NCBI GenBank assembly: GCA_964549615.1
Contig: CAZJVP010000104.1
Location: forward strand, 1 to 64,000
Length of the DNA: 64,000 nucleotides
Direction: 5' to 3'
DNA from: an uncultured Thermococci archaeon
GTDB lineage: Archaea; CAYQAE01; CAYVLA01
In this document: in pieces, positions 28,273-36,739 of the stretch
How the letters are laid out: every line of letters starts with the position of its first letter
Numbering within the stretch: position 1 is the stretch's first letter
The notes under the pieces: model-generated
Seen by the model: the letters and a program-made list of their open reading frames with translations, nothing else
What the model was told of the DNA's origin: nothing
The model's database searches: none
Program-made: the position numbers and the translations under genes

Positions 28273-28929
28273 CTAACCACCCTGGATCTCGCCTGCATCC
28301 GTTGACCGAGGGGCGGGCCGGTCAAACCCTTTGCTGATCAAGGAGTACAGGGGGCCGGAGAAGAAGCGCGTGAAGGAGAGGTTGAAGCCTCTGAAGTTGA
28401 GGACGGCATCGACGGCGATGAACCTGGAGTTGCCCCACATATCCTGCACCCTCACTGACCAGAAAGGCCAGTGGATGAGCTCAAGCTCCTTGATCTCGTA
28501 GCTTGGGAGCTCCTTGACCTTCTTCTTCGAGATCTCCCTGGCCCGCTTTCTCTGAACCGCCTCCCTCAGTTTGGTCTCAGCATGGCGCCTTGCGGAATAT
28601 TCGTCGACCGTGGGTTGTATGACGAGGTCATCGGTTTCGATGCGGCTGCGAGGAGGAATCCCGGCGAGGACCGAGAACTCCCTGAAGCGGGCATCGATCA
28701 TCATGCCGGGGGCAAAGGGGGCCTTCCCCCATGTGATCTGGTAAGGGATCAGGTAGAACGGGTAGAAAACTAGGATAAGGTCTGTCACGAACTCCTTTCT
28801 GGGGCAGAGCCGGAACTTCCAAAACTTGAAGAAGCCCTCCTTCAGTTCCCCAGCTTCCCGAAGGGCGACTCCCTTGGGGATTCTCCGATTGACTCCGTGA
28901 ATGACGATCAAAAGAATCCCAGAGATCAT
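28273..28929 (-). CDS. hypothetical protein with two internal (F/H)(Y/W)PF(Y/W) units
   Basis: Abuts the topA start and has a 4-nt overlap with the methyltransferase; motifs FYPFY...IDA and HWPFW...VDA. Confidence 0.6.
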   Translation of the reverse strand: MISGILLIVIHGVNRRIPKGVALREAGELKEGFFKFWKFRLCPRKEFVTDLILVFYPFYLIPYQITWGKAPFAPGMMIDARFREFSVLAGIPPRSRIETDDLVIQPTVDEYSARRHAETKLREAVQRKRAREISKKKVKELPSYEIKELELIHWPFWSVRVQDMWGNSRFIAVDAVLNFRGFNLSFTRFFSGPLYSLISKGFDRPAPRSTDAGEIQGG

Positions 28930-29513
28930 TCTCGGGGCGACGCGACCAGCTTCACGAGCGAGCCCTTGATGACTTCGTTGGAAAGCACCCGGGCGCCGCA
29001 AAACTCAAATATCTTTTGCAGTTCATCGGGACGATATGATCGCACCCGAAGCCCCGTGCGGGCCAGCACGTAAACGGATACAATCCTTGAGGCGACGGTC
29101 TTAGCATTAGCGGTGGCTATGATCCGGCCTGCGGGCGCGCAACACCTTACGATCTCGCTTACCATCCTTTCTGGGTTCGATAGATGCCCCACGACGTCCT
29201 GGCAGGTTATGACCTGAAAAGATGCGTTCTTGAAGGGGAGGCGGGTCGCATCCCCGAGAACGAGGCGGAGTTGGGGGTTTCTTCCTTGGGCAAGGCGCAA
29301 CATCGAGGCGGAGAAATCCAGGCCGGTCGGCATGCGGCAATGGATGCGGTCGAGTAGGTGGCCGGATCCACAGCCGACATCTAGGACGGAGTCCACGCTT
29401 TCGGGCACCGAGGAGAGTATGCTCAATGTTTCTTCGCGATCGAGAGCACAGGCCAGCTTCTTGTGCTCCAAGTGCACTGCGAACTTGTCGTAGTACGATC
29501 TCGTCTTGTCCAA
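28926..29513 (-). CDS. class I SAM-dependent methyltransferase
   Basis: VLDVGCGSG, GLDFSASML, GDATRLPFKNASF. Confidence 0.88.
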   Translation of the reverse strand: MDKTRSYYDKFAVHLEHKKLACALDREETLSILSSVPESVDSVLDVGCGSGHLLDRIHCRMPTGLDFSASMLRLAQGRNPQLRLVLGDATRLPFKNASFQVITCQDVVGHLSNPERMVSEIVRCCAPAGRIIATANAKTVASRIVSVYVLARTGLRVRSYRPDELQKIFEFCGARVLSNEVIKGSLVKLVASPRE

Positions 29514-29533
29514 CGGGCTTCCCTAGCTTTGAA

Positions 29534-30394
29534 TCAACCTCGCTGCTTGGTCAGCCAATCAAGGAAGAATATCATGGATCGGGCGTTCTCGGCAGGCTTG
29601 GACTGGAAGAGCCACTTGTTCATGTACAGGTCGTGGTCGCCCATGCCTATGACTCGGCCGTTGCCGAACTCCCCGTTAACCACGATGATTGCCTCCTCGC
29701 CGACCGGCTCGCCGTGGTCCTTGTTGGGTTTCAGGTCTTGATAATTGAAGTGTTCCCCAAAGGCATACCCCTTAAGCGTGATGGCGGCGGTCACTTTGCT
29801 GGGGTCGGTGATCCTGATCGTAGCACAGTTCCTAACCACGAACGGGTAGGTTATCCTGTCCGCGATCGGATTGCCCTTGACGAGCCCCAAGGCTGCCACG
29901 GTGAACTGGCTGACCGAAACGCCGTAGTCCGTGGTCGTGGACTCGGGCTCGTAGGCCTTCGTGTTCATGAACTCGAATCCCCAATTACTCGTGATGTTGT
30001 TCATGTACGCCAACCGCTCCTGCGCCCACCCCGTCCCGGTTATGAGGAATCCGCCGCCGTTCTGGACATAGGTGTGGATAGCGTCGATCTCATCCTTGTC
30101 CAACTCGGTCTGCGGCGCGAAGAGCATGCACGCGTCGTAGAGCTGCAGGTCAACCAGCGTTATCCTTGGCGTCGCTATCTGAACGGCCTCGTAGCCGTTG
30201 TTGCGCAGATAGTCCCTCAATCTCATGTAGCCGACGTCCGAAGAGTCTTCGAAGCTTGCGCCCGAGTGCGCCCCGATGAGGGCTACCTTGCCCTTCATTC
30301 CGAAAAGTGCCCACCTCAAGGGCGTGAAGAATATCCCCAAGATTAGCAGCACGACTATCAAGACGATTCCTATGATCAGCTTCTTTCCGGGCAT
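29534..30394 (-). CDS. membrane-anchored GATase1-like/GIFT (DUF4350/GldG-like) domain protein
   Basis: N-terminal TM; GYMRLRDYLRNNGY, LFAPQTEL...EIDAIHTYVQNGGGFLI, GNGRVIGMGD, N...FLDWL. Confidence 0.65.
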   Translation of the reverse strand: MPGKKLIIGIVLIVVLLILGIFFTPLRWALFGMKGKVALIGAHSGASFEDSSDVGYMRLRDYLRNNGYEAVQIATPRITLVDLQLYDACMLFAPQTELDKDEIDAIHTYVQNGGGFLITGTGWAQERLAYMNNITSNWGFEFMNTKAYEPESTTTDYGVSVSQFTVAALGLVKGNPIADRITYPFVVRNCATIRITDPSKVTAAITLKGYAFGEHFNYQDLKPNKDHGEPVGEEAIIVVNGEFGNGRVIGMGDHDLYMNKWLFQSKPAENARSMIFFLDWLTKQRG

Positions 30395-30650
30395 TGCAGC
30401 ATCTCTCCGCCGGACCCGAGCACCCACTTAGACCTTTTAATGTTTTCCGGAGCGCATCCTCCTCCACCCTCCTCAGGGCCGTTCGGCCAACCCCGGTGCC
30501 CATCCTGGATTGGCACGGTGCATCATCGGCCGTCCGGACAGGAGGAGCTTGGCGTTCCGGAGGGGCGGCCTTTCCAAAAGGGTCTTGGGCGCCAAGCGGC
30601 CGAATATTCATTTATATGTCAGGAAGGCCATGAGAGGCCGGAGGAGTGCG

Positions 30651-31376
30651 ATGGCCGATGTCGTGGTGAGGACGGAGAACCTTTGGAAGACGTACATGCT
30701 AGGGGAGGTCGAAGTTCACGCACTCAACGACGTCAACCTCGAGGTACGCAGAGGCGAGATGGTCTGCCTCGTGGGGCCGTCGGGCAGCGGCAAGACAACC
30801 TTGCTGAATATGATCGGGGGGATCGGCCGGGCCTCGAAGGGGAGGGTCATCGTCGACGGGGAGGATGTGACCGCTAATTTCGAGAACAGCTATCTGATAA
30901 GGAGGAAGAAGATCGGGTTCATCTTCCAATTCTTCAATCTGATACCAGCTCTCACTGCCTTGGAGAATGTGGAGCTTCCCATGGAGCTCGTGGGGAAGCC
31001 TGAGAAGGAGAGGCGTGCGAGGGCAATGGATCTCCTGAAGCGAGTCGGCCTAGAGCACAGGATGTACCACAGGCCGTCGGAGCTCAGCGGCGGGGAGCAG
31101 CAGCGGGTGGCAATTGCCCGTGCGCTGTCCAACAACCCCTCGATCGTTCTTGCCGACGAACCAACGGGCAATCTGGACACAAGGACCGGCAAACAGATAG
31201 TTGCCCTGATGAAGCAGCTCAACGAGGCCGAGAACCAGACCTTCGTGATAACGACCCATGACACTCGCCTCGCCCGGCTCTCCGACAGGATCGTCTACCT
31301 TGGGGACGGAAAGATCGAGCGAATCGAGGAGGTCCCTCCAGAGGTCAGACAGCAGGCGATGGCCGAGTACGGCTGA
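30651..31376 (+). CDS. ABC transporter ATP-binding protein, LolD/MacB type
   Basis: GPSGSGKTT, IGFIFQFFNL, LSGGEQQRVAIARAL, LADEPTGNLD, TTHD. Confidence 0.92.
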   Translation: MADVVVRTENLWKTYMLGEVEVHALNDVNLEVRRGEMVCLVGPSGSGKTTLLNMIGGIGRASKGRVIVDGEDVTANFENSYLIRRKKIGFIFQFFNLIPALTALENVELPMELVGKPEKERRARAMDLLKRVGLEHRMYHRPSELSGGEQQRVAIARALSNNPSIVLADEPTGNLDTRTGKQIVALMKQLNEAENQTFVITTHDTRLARLSDRIVYLGDGKIERIEEVPPEVRQQAMAEYG

Positions 31377-32865
31377 ACTCCTCGACCGCCTCCGCAGCAG
31401 CCATGAGGTTCGGGATGGGCGCCCACCCATAGGCTTGCATGATCATGCCGTCCATCTTGGACTCGAAGCATATCCTAGTCGACTGCGCGGACTCCTCCGG
31501 ATGCGGGATCTTGCTCGCGGGCTCCCAGAACTGCAAGCCGGCATAAAGCGCGGTGTCCGGACCCACGAGGGAACGTGCTCGAAGCAACTCCTTCCTAATC
31601 TGCTCGGGGGGCAGCCCATTGGCGATGAGGGTTCTGAGCGGACGGGCCGTGTAGCCGGCCAGTTTGAACCAGGAGGCGAGTATCGCCTTGTAGGATGCGA
31701 ACGTCAGGGGGGTCTTGGGATGCACGATCTGGAAGATCTCCTCCGCAACGCAGGCCGAGTACCACCCCCACAGGCGATGGTAGGCCATCGGCATCATCCA
31801 ATCGCATATGCGGCTGAGCTTGCGGTAGCTCTGGCATACCGTCCATGCCGATCTTGGCGACCAGATTGCTAGGCCGATCTGGAACTTGGGGTCGTTGCTT
31901 TTCGCCAGCTCACGCACAGCTTCGAGGAGTTCGCGGAGCCCATCGGCTTTGAATTCGAGCCACTCGAAGAAAATGGGATTGTCCCTCAGCCACCGGAAGA
32001 TGCCCAGTGAGTCCTGCTCCGCAAGCTCGGGCAGTTTCTCCCTGATGTGTTCATCTTCGAAGAGCGCGTTCATCACATCAGCGTAGCCAGCTCCCTGCTC
32101 GGGTTGGAGCCCAACCGTGTTTAGAAGCCCTTCCGTCTCGGCGTGGCGTATCTGGTCGATCTTTGACTGGGAGAGCGTCCTCGCCACCTTTGGGATCTGG
32201 GCCAGCGTTCTGACGAGCACGCGGGCATCGATCCCCGAGGAATCCATCCTTTGTCGGCAGTGTTCGCAGAAGCAGACGATGCCCGGCTCAAGTGCAGCCA
32301 TGTGGGTGTGAGGGTACTTCCACCAGAAATGGTCAAGGAGAATGCCCCGGAGGTCGTATCTGTTCTGGAGCTCGTTCACGATCTCCAGCAGCATGATTGC
32401 GGCGTTCGGGTTGTTTGGGCAGATCCAGTTTCGGTCAGGGTTCCCGGTTATGTCGATCGTCGCCAGTTCATGTGCTTCGCTGACGAATTGGCCGTTGTGG
32501 AGGCTCGTCAGCCAAGCGTAGGTGTTGATCCCGTTGCTTGGGAACACGTCCGTTGATTCGCGGAGCGCGTCAAATCCCATCAGGTCGTGGTCGGAGGACC
32601 GCTTTGGCACGACCACCGAGTTGACGTAGAATGAGGGGTCTATCTGGTGGTAGAACCTCCCCTCCTCGGACACGTACCTCTTCCTCTTCGGATTGTGGGT
32701 GAGCCTCGCATCGATGGGCTGCGGCGGGTGTTCCTCGGCGGTTGAGTTTACCGCGACGAACGCGGAGGATATGCCAAGGCCAGCAAGGTTCTCAGCTACC
32801 CCCGCGACACCCTCATCGCACAGGTCCCAAGGGTGCACCAAAATCCCCAGAAACGGCTTTTGCAC
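31345..32865 (-). CDS. hypothetical TIM-barrel protein, glycoside-hydrolase-like (GHL10/GH42-like)
   Basis: VHPWDL.DEG, WICPNNP, YDLRGILLD, CFCEHC, PMAY; GTG 32865 with GGAGGT RBS. Confidence 0.55.
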   Translation of the reverse strand: MQKPFLGILVHPWDLCDEGVAGVAENLAGLGISSAFVAVNSTAEEHPPQPIDARLTHNPKRKRYVSEEGRFYHQIDPSFYVNSVVVPKRSSDHDLMGFDALRESTDVFPSNGINTYAWLTSLHNGQFVSEAHELATIDITGNPDRNWICPNNPNAAIMLLEIVNELQNRYDLRGILLDHFWWKYPHTHMAALEPGIVCFCEHCRQRMDSSGIDARVLVRTLAQIPKVARTLSQSKIDQIRHAETEGLLNTVGLQPEQGAGYADVMNALFEDEHIREKLPELAEQDSLGIFRWLRDNPIFFEWLEFKADGLRELLEAVRELAKSNDPKFQIGLAIWSPRSAWTVCQSYRKLSRICDWMMPMAYHRLWGWYSACVAEEIFQIVHPKTPLTFASYKAILASWFKLAGYTARPLRTLIANGLPPEQIRKELLRARSLVGPDTALYAGLQFWEPASKIPHPEESAQSTRICFESKMDGMIMQAYGWAPIPNLMAAAEAVEEFSRTRPSPAV

Positions 32866-32963
32866 AGCCGTAAACCTCCGAAGGCAGCCGTTTTTCGATT
32901 TCAGAAACTTATTAATGTCTCGTTTGCTAAATGGACGCCAAATAGCGCTGTTTTTTCCCATCA

Positions 32964-32978
32964 CAAAACATTTATATA
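32964..32978 (+). promoter_or_regulatory. BRE/TATA promoter of the 33.0-39.9 kb operon
   Basis: CAAAACATTTATATA in an AT-rich divergent intergenic region. Confidence 0.6.
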
Positions 32979-33050
32979 GATCTCGGCGGGAAGCGGGCGC
33001 GTCCGAGTGCCGCCCCGGTTTATGGGCGCGTTCCCGAGGAGGGTACTCCA

Positions 33051-33857
33051 GTGGATATGGGTTTCGCACCGTCACGGTGTTTCTTCGCGTTTCTCAGCAT
33101 TGTCTTGGTTTTGCACGGCGTGTCGGCGGTGAGCTATTACTATCCAACGCAGTCTTTCGAGTGCACGATCTACGAGGGGGGCTCGACGATGTACGTGTCG
33201 CAGGCCGTGACCCTATACTGCTTCGAAGGCTTCGTTGAGAAGATCAACGTGACCCTGCCGTACGGGAGGGACGAGATGCCGACCGCGAACGACACGCTCA
33301 GCACCCTGGTGCGCACGACCGCAGGGAAGGACATTGACAGGAGGGTCATCCAGACCGAGAATCGGACCATCATCGAGGTGACGTTGCCCGAGAAGATATA
33401 CGCGGGTGACGACTTCGTCGTGATCCTGAAGTACTACGTGTACGACTCTCCGGGCGAGGCAGGCATATCAAGAAGCGGATGGAAGACGCTCGGCGACAAG
33501 ATCCTGGGGAGAGTCGGAGAGAACAAGCTTGCCGTCTTCAACAGCCCGTACTTTGAAGCCCAGGTCAACGAGCTAATCGTGAAGATGTGGGTACCCTTGG
33601 GCTTCATCGGCAAGGACTGGAAGCCTCCACTGGACTCATCGAAGGTCTATGATCCTGGGAGCGGTCGGGTCGGCACGATCTGGCACATCACGACCAACGT
33701 TCCCACCAGGGGCGAGTTCCAGATCCTCTACGGCAAGCCTGGATGGGGCGTCACAGCCTTCTTGGTGATAGGGGCCCTCGTTATCGTGTTCGTGTATCTC
33801 ACGGTGGACATGATGAACAGACTTAAGGAGAAAGCGGAAAGAGGAGAGCTTTGGTAG
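33051..33857 (+). CDS. exported beta-sandwich protein with signal peptide and C-terminal TM anchor
   Basis: Hydrophobic N-terminus ending VSA, beta-rich body, C-terminal TM GVTAFLVIGALVIVFVYLTV followed by a charged tail. Confidence 0.75.
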   Translation: MDMGFAPSRCFFAFLSIVLVLHGVSAVSYYYPTQSFECTIYEGGSTMYVSQAVTLYCFEGFVEKINVTLPYGRDEMPTANDTLSTLVRTTAGKDIDRRVIQTENRTIIEVTLPEKIYAGDDFVVILKYYVYDSPGEAGISRSGWKTLGDKILGRVGENKLAVFNSPYFEAQVNELIVKMWVPLGFIGKDWKPPLDSSKVYDPGSGRVGTIWHITTNVPTRGEFQILYGKPGWGVTAFLVIGALVIVFVYLTVDMMNRLKEKAERGELW

Positions 33858-33865
33858 GAGGTTGA

Positions 33866-34072
33866 GTGATGCTAGGAGTGTTGTCCCGACTTATTCCGGC
33901 GATGAGAAAGCCGATCTTTCCCGGGACCAGGTTTCTCTGGATGGATCTGCTCCTGATGCTGGCCGTCGTCGGGCTTGGCGTGGTCGGCGTGCTGATCTTC
34001 TGGTACGACGAGCGGAGGATGAAGCAGAGGTACTACGAACAGAAGGTCAGGGAGAGTTTGGAGGAGGAGTAA
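33866..34072 (+). CDS. small single-TM protein 1
   Basis: GGAGGT RBS; TM LLLMLAVVGLGVVGVLIFW, then a charged tail; alternative start ATG 33941. Confidence 0.65.
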   Translation: MMLGVLSRLIPAMRKPIFPGTRFLWMDLLLMLAVVGLGVVGVLIFWYDERRMKQRYYEQKVRESLEEE

Positions 34073-34084
34073 GGAGGAAGAATT

Positions 34085-34213
34085 GTGCTTTTGCCTCTGA
34101 CACAGGGCCCGGCTGAGATAAAGGTGGCTGCGAAGCTTCTCTTCATACTCTTGCTCGCGTATGGGTTCTTCCACCTTTACTTGATACTCTGGGGATATCT
34201 GTGGGGAGAGTAG
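34085..34213 (+). CDS. small single-TM protein 2 (42 aa, not in ORF track)
   Basis: AAGGAGG RBS, GTG start; MLLPLTQGPAEIKVAAKLLFILLLAYGFFHLYLILWGYLWGE*. Confidence 0.6.
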   Translation: MLLPLTQGPAEIKVAAKLLFILLLAYGFFHLYLILWGYLWGE

Positions 34214-34226
34214 GAGGTCGACAAGA

Positions 34227-34328
34227 TTGGTCCTAACTCAGATGGTTTCGGGCTTCAACACCATACTGCTCATCATCTGGGTTCTTGTGATCCTGGTAAT
34301 CGGCTACCTTGCCTATGTCAGGGGTTAG
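34227..34328 (+). CDS. small single-TM protein 3 (33 aa, not in ORF track)
   Basis: GGAGGT RBS overlapping the previous stop, TTG start; MVLTQMVSGFNTILLIIWVLVILVIGYLAYVRG*. Confidence 0.6.
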   Translation: MVLTQMVSGFNTILLIIWVLVILVIGYLAYVRG

Positions 34329-34356
34329 ATAAGCTCCTTCTGCGGGGTCGAGGTCC

Positions 34357-36735
34357 GTGGTTTTCGAGAACCCGATGTTCCGGATAGCTTGGAAAAACTT
34401 CAGGCGAAGGCGGATCCGATCCGTCATCACTATTCTGAGCATAATGCTCGCGATTGCATGCTTCGTCGTTATCGTCTCCGTCCAAGACACGATTAGCGCG
34501 CAGATCACGAGCTTCCATTCCGGCAGACAACCCTTTCCGTTCTTCGCGGACTTCATCGTCGTCGAGGCGAATCGGTGGGTCAGGAGCGGCATCCGGCCTG
34601 GTCGCGTTCCAGTCACCCTGGTTGAGGAGCTGAGGGCAAATGACCTCGTCGACGTGGTCGCGGTGAGGATCGGCACTCCGGACGATAACGGAGAGCAGCT
34701 TGTGCTGCGCCGGTTCTTCGGCGAGATGTTCACAGTGGTGCACCCGAACGTTCCCGGGCTGGGGCAGACGACGTATCCCGGTTTCCTCAACGTCATCGGA
34801 ATCGACCCCGAGGCTGAAGCGAGGCTCCGCACCCCGAGGGTCAATCAGACCACGGGGATTCCTTATTGGGAACGGTGGGAGGACCTGAATTCCTCAATCA
34901 TTCGCGGAAAGGGCACGACGCTTGAGGCAACTGGGACGGTAGACGAGAAAGTAAACCACGGGCTGAACGGGGAGCTTAGCTTCGTCGTCAGGGAACCGGG
35001 CAGGCCGAACAGGTTTAACCTGAGCATCTACGGGGAGGCTTCTGCGCCCCTCATCACTGCCGAGATCGGCACTGAGGGCTTTACACAGATCCCGCGATTC
35101 GTGTACAAGGATTACGGGTCCAACAGGACCAGGGGCTATCTGCTCGAGGTCAAGGTGAAAGAGTACTCGGAGGAGTCAAAAAAGGTGACTCTCCAGTATC
35201 ACCTCTGGTTCTCTTACGCGGAAGTGGATGAGTCGGGAAGACAGAGGGAGTTCGAGATATCCTACGGAGAGTACCTTGACCAGGAGAACTGGAAAGTGGC
35301 CTCCTACCAAGGCCGTCCCGTGTACCCGGCGATCATAGGGATTGAGAAGGCATACGAGCTGAAGGTGGCCAAGGCAGGCCCGGAGGATGGCGACCTGATC
35401 CTGCTCCCGGGTGGCACGGAAGGCGCAAGCGGCGGAGCGGTCAAGGGCGACTGCTATCTTAGGGTGATCGGGGTCTACGCATCCTCACGCAGGAAGGACA
35501 ACGGCAATGTTTACGTGCACTACCGTGCCGCAATGGAGATGCTGAGCTACCCGGAGGGGTTCGTGCAGGAAGTAGCGGTCACGGTCAAGTTCGACGATGA
35601 TGACAACATCCAGAGAGTGCGGAACACTGCACAGCTTGCGGAGGACGTCGCAAGCCGCAGGGACATGAACACCCAGATACCCAAGCTCGTGATCGGTGAG
35701 AAGGGCGGCGTCAGCATCATCGCGGAGCAGGTGAAGACGACCCAGCTTGCCCACCTGCAGTCGGTTACCATAACGCTCGCCGTGGCGGTGATCGTCGTCA
35801 TGAACGCAACCGTGCTGTCGATATACGAGAGAGTCAGGGAGGTGGGAATAATGGGGGCGATGGGGTCTGAGGTTTGGCATATCATGGATATGTACGTGTT
35901 CGAACTCTTGATCATAGGCCTATTGGGCGGCATCGGGGGTTACTTGATAGGGACCGTCCTGTCCTTGCTCACGCATGTGTTGCCGAACGTGCCCAACATC
36001 CCGCTGAAGGTGAACCCGCTTTGGATAATGGCATCCGTGTCGATAGGGACCCTCGTGAGCGTTGCGGCAGGGATATTCCCGGCCAGGCTTGCAGGGACGC
36101 TAGACCCGATAAAGGCCATCGCGGGCGAGTGGGCGATCAGCCCCACGGAGGGAGTGATCTTCGGGAGCATCTCCAGGTGGTTGAGGAAATCGTACTATGC
36201 GGCGATGGCCGCGAGAAATCTTGGGAAGAGGAAGCTGAGGAGCATATTGACCTCCTTGGGGATCACGGTCGGGATCGGCATGCTGGTCAACCTTCTTGTG
36301 ATATCGGCGTTCCAGAGGCAGCTTACGCCCGGCTACAGCATCAGGGCCTACCAAGTCCAGGCCCTAGCGTTCGCAATCGTGGTCGGTGCGCTTGGGATAA
36401 CGAATGCGATGCTAACCTCCGTTCTGGAGAGAACGAAGGAAATCGGCATCATGGTTGCGGTCGGCGCCACGCCCGGGGAAGTCATGAAGGTGTTTCTATC
36501 TGAGGCGGGCATCATCGGGGCTATTGGGGGGGTTCTGGGATGTGCGCTGGGGACAGTAACCTCGCTTGCATTTCTGGTTGGAAGGACGGGCTTGGATCTG
36601 CCTTTCGGGGCCTTGGCCTTGGGCTGGATCGGGGGAATCTTGCTGGCCGTGGCCGTTGCCGTAGCGGCTGGCATCTACCCGTCCCGTCGCGCGGCGAGGA
36701 TGGAACCGGTTGAGGCGTTCAAGTATGAGTGGTGA
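34357..36735 (+). CDS. ABC transporter permease, MacB/FtsX (type VII) with two FtsX domains
   Basis: AWKNFRRRRIRSVITILSI, large extracytoplasmic domain, ERVREVGIMGAMG, second unit ARNLGKRKLRSILT...ERTKEIGIMVAVGA...PSRRAARMEPVEA. Confidence 0.9.
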   Translation: MVFENPMFRIAWKNFRRRRIRSVITILSIMLAIACFVVIVSVQDTISAQITSFHSGRQPFPFFADFIVVEANRWVRSGIRPGRVPVTLVEELRANDLVDVVAVRIGTPDDNGEQLVLRRFFGEMFTVVHPNVPGLGQTTYPGFLNVIGIDPEAEARLRTPRVNQTTGIPYWERWEDLNSSIIRGKGTTLEATGTVDEKVNHGLNGELSFVVREPGRPNRFNLSIYGEASAPLITAEIGTEGFTQIPRFVYKDYGSNRTRGYLLEVKVKEYSEESKKVTLQYHLWFSYAEVDESGRQREFEISYGEYLDQENWKVASYQGRPVYPAIIGIEKAYELKVAKAGPEDGDLILLPGGTEGASGGAVKGDCYLRVIGVYASSRRKDNGNVYVHYRAAMEMLSYPEGFVQEVAVTVKFDDDDNIQRVRNTAQLAEDVASRRDMNTQIPKLVIGEKGGVSIIAEQVKTTQLAHLQSVTITLAVAVIVVMNATVLSIYERVREVGIMGAMGSEVWHIMDMYVFELLIIGLLGGIGGYLIGTVLSLLTHVLPNVPNIPLKVNPLWIMASVSIGTLVSVAAGIFPARLAGTLDPIKAIAGEWAISPTEGVIFGSISRWLRKSYYAAMAARNLGKRKLRSILTSLGITVGIGMLVNLLVISAFQRQLTPGYSIRAYQVQALAFAIVVGALGITNAMLTSVLERTKEIGIMVAVGATPGEVMKVFLSEAGIIGAIGGVLGCALGTVTSLAFLVGRTGLDLPFGALALGWIGGILLAVAVAVAAGIYPSRRAARMEPVEAFKYEW

Positions 36736-36739
36736 TAAG

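Noticed and set aside
31345-33075. 576-aa version of the GH-like ORF
   Set aside because: The extension crosses the AT-rich divergent promoter; GTG 32865 has a clear RBS.
34085-34328. Amber (pyrrolysine) read-through joining the microproteins
   Set aside because: The next hydrophobic ORF is in a different frame with its own RBS, and the read-through translation is not protein-like.
29534-34328. Oligosaccharyltransferase-accessory analogy (Wbp1-like GIFT domain, ribophorin-like beta-sandwich, Ost4-like microproteins)
   Set aside because: The resemblance is only architectural, with no sequence motif support and no AglB/STT3 in the window. It would need Foldseek evidence.
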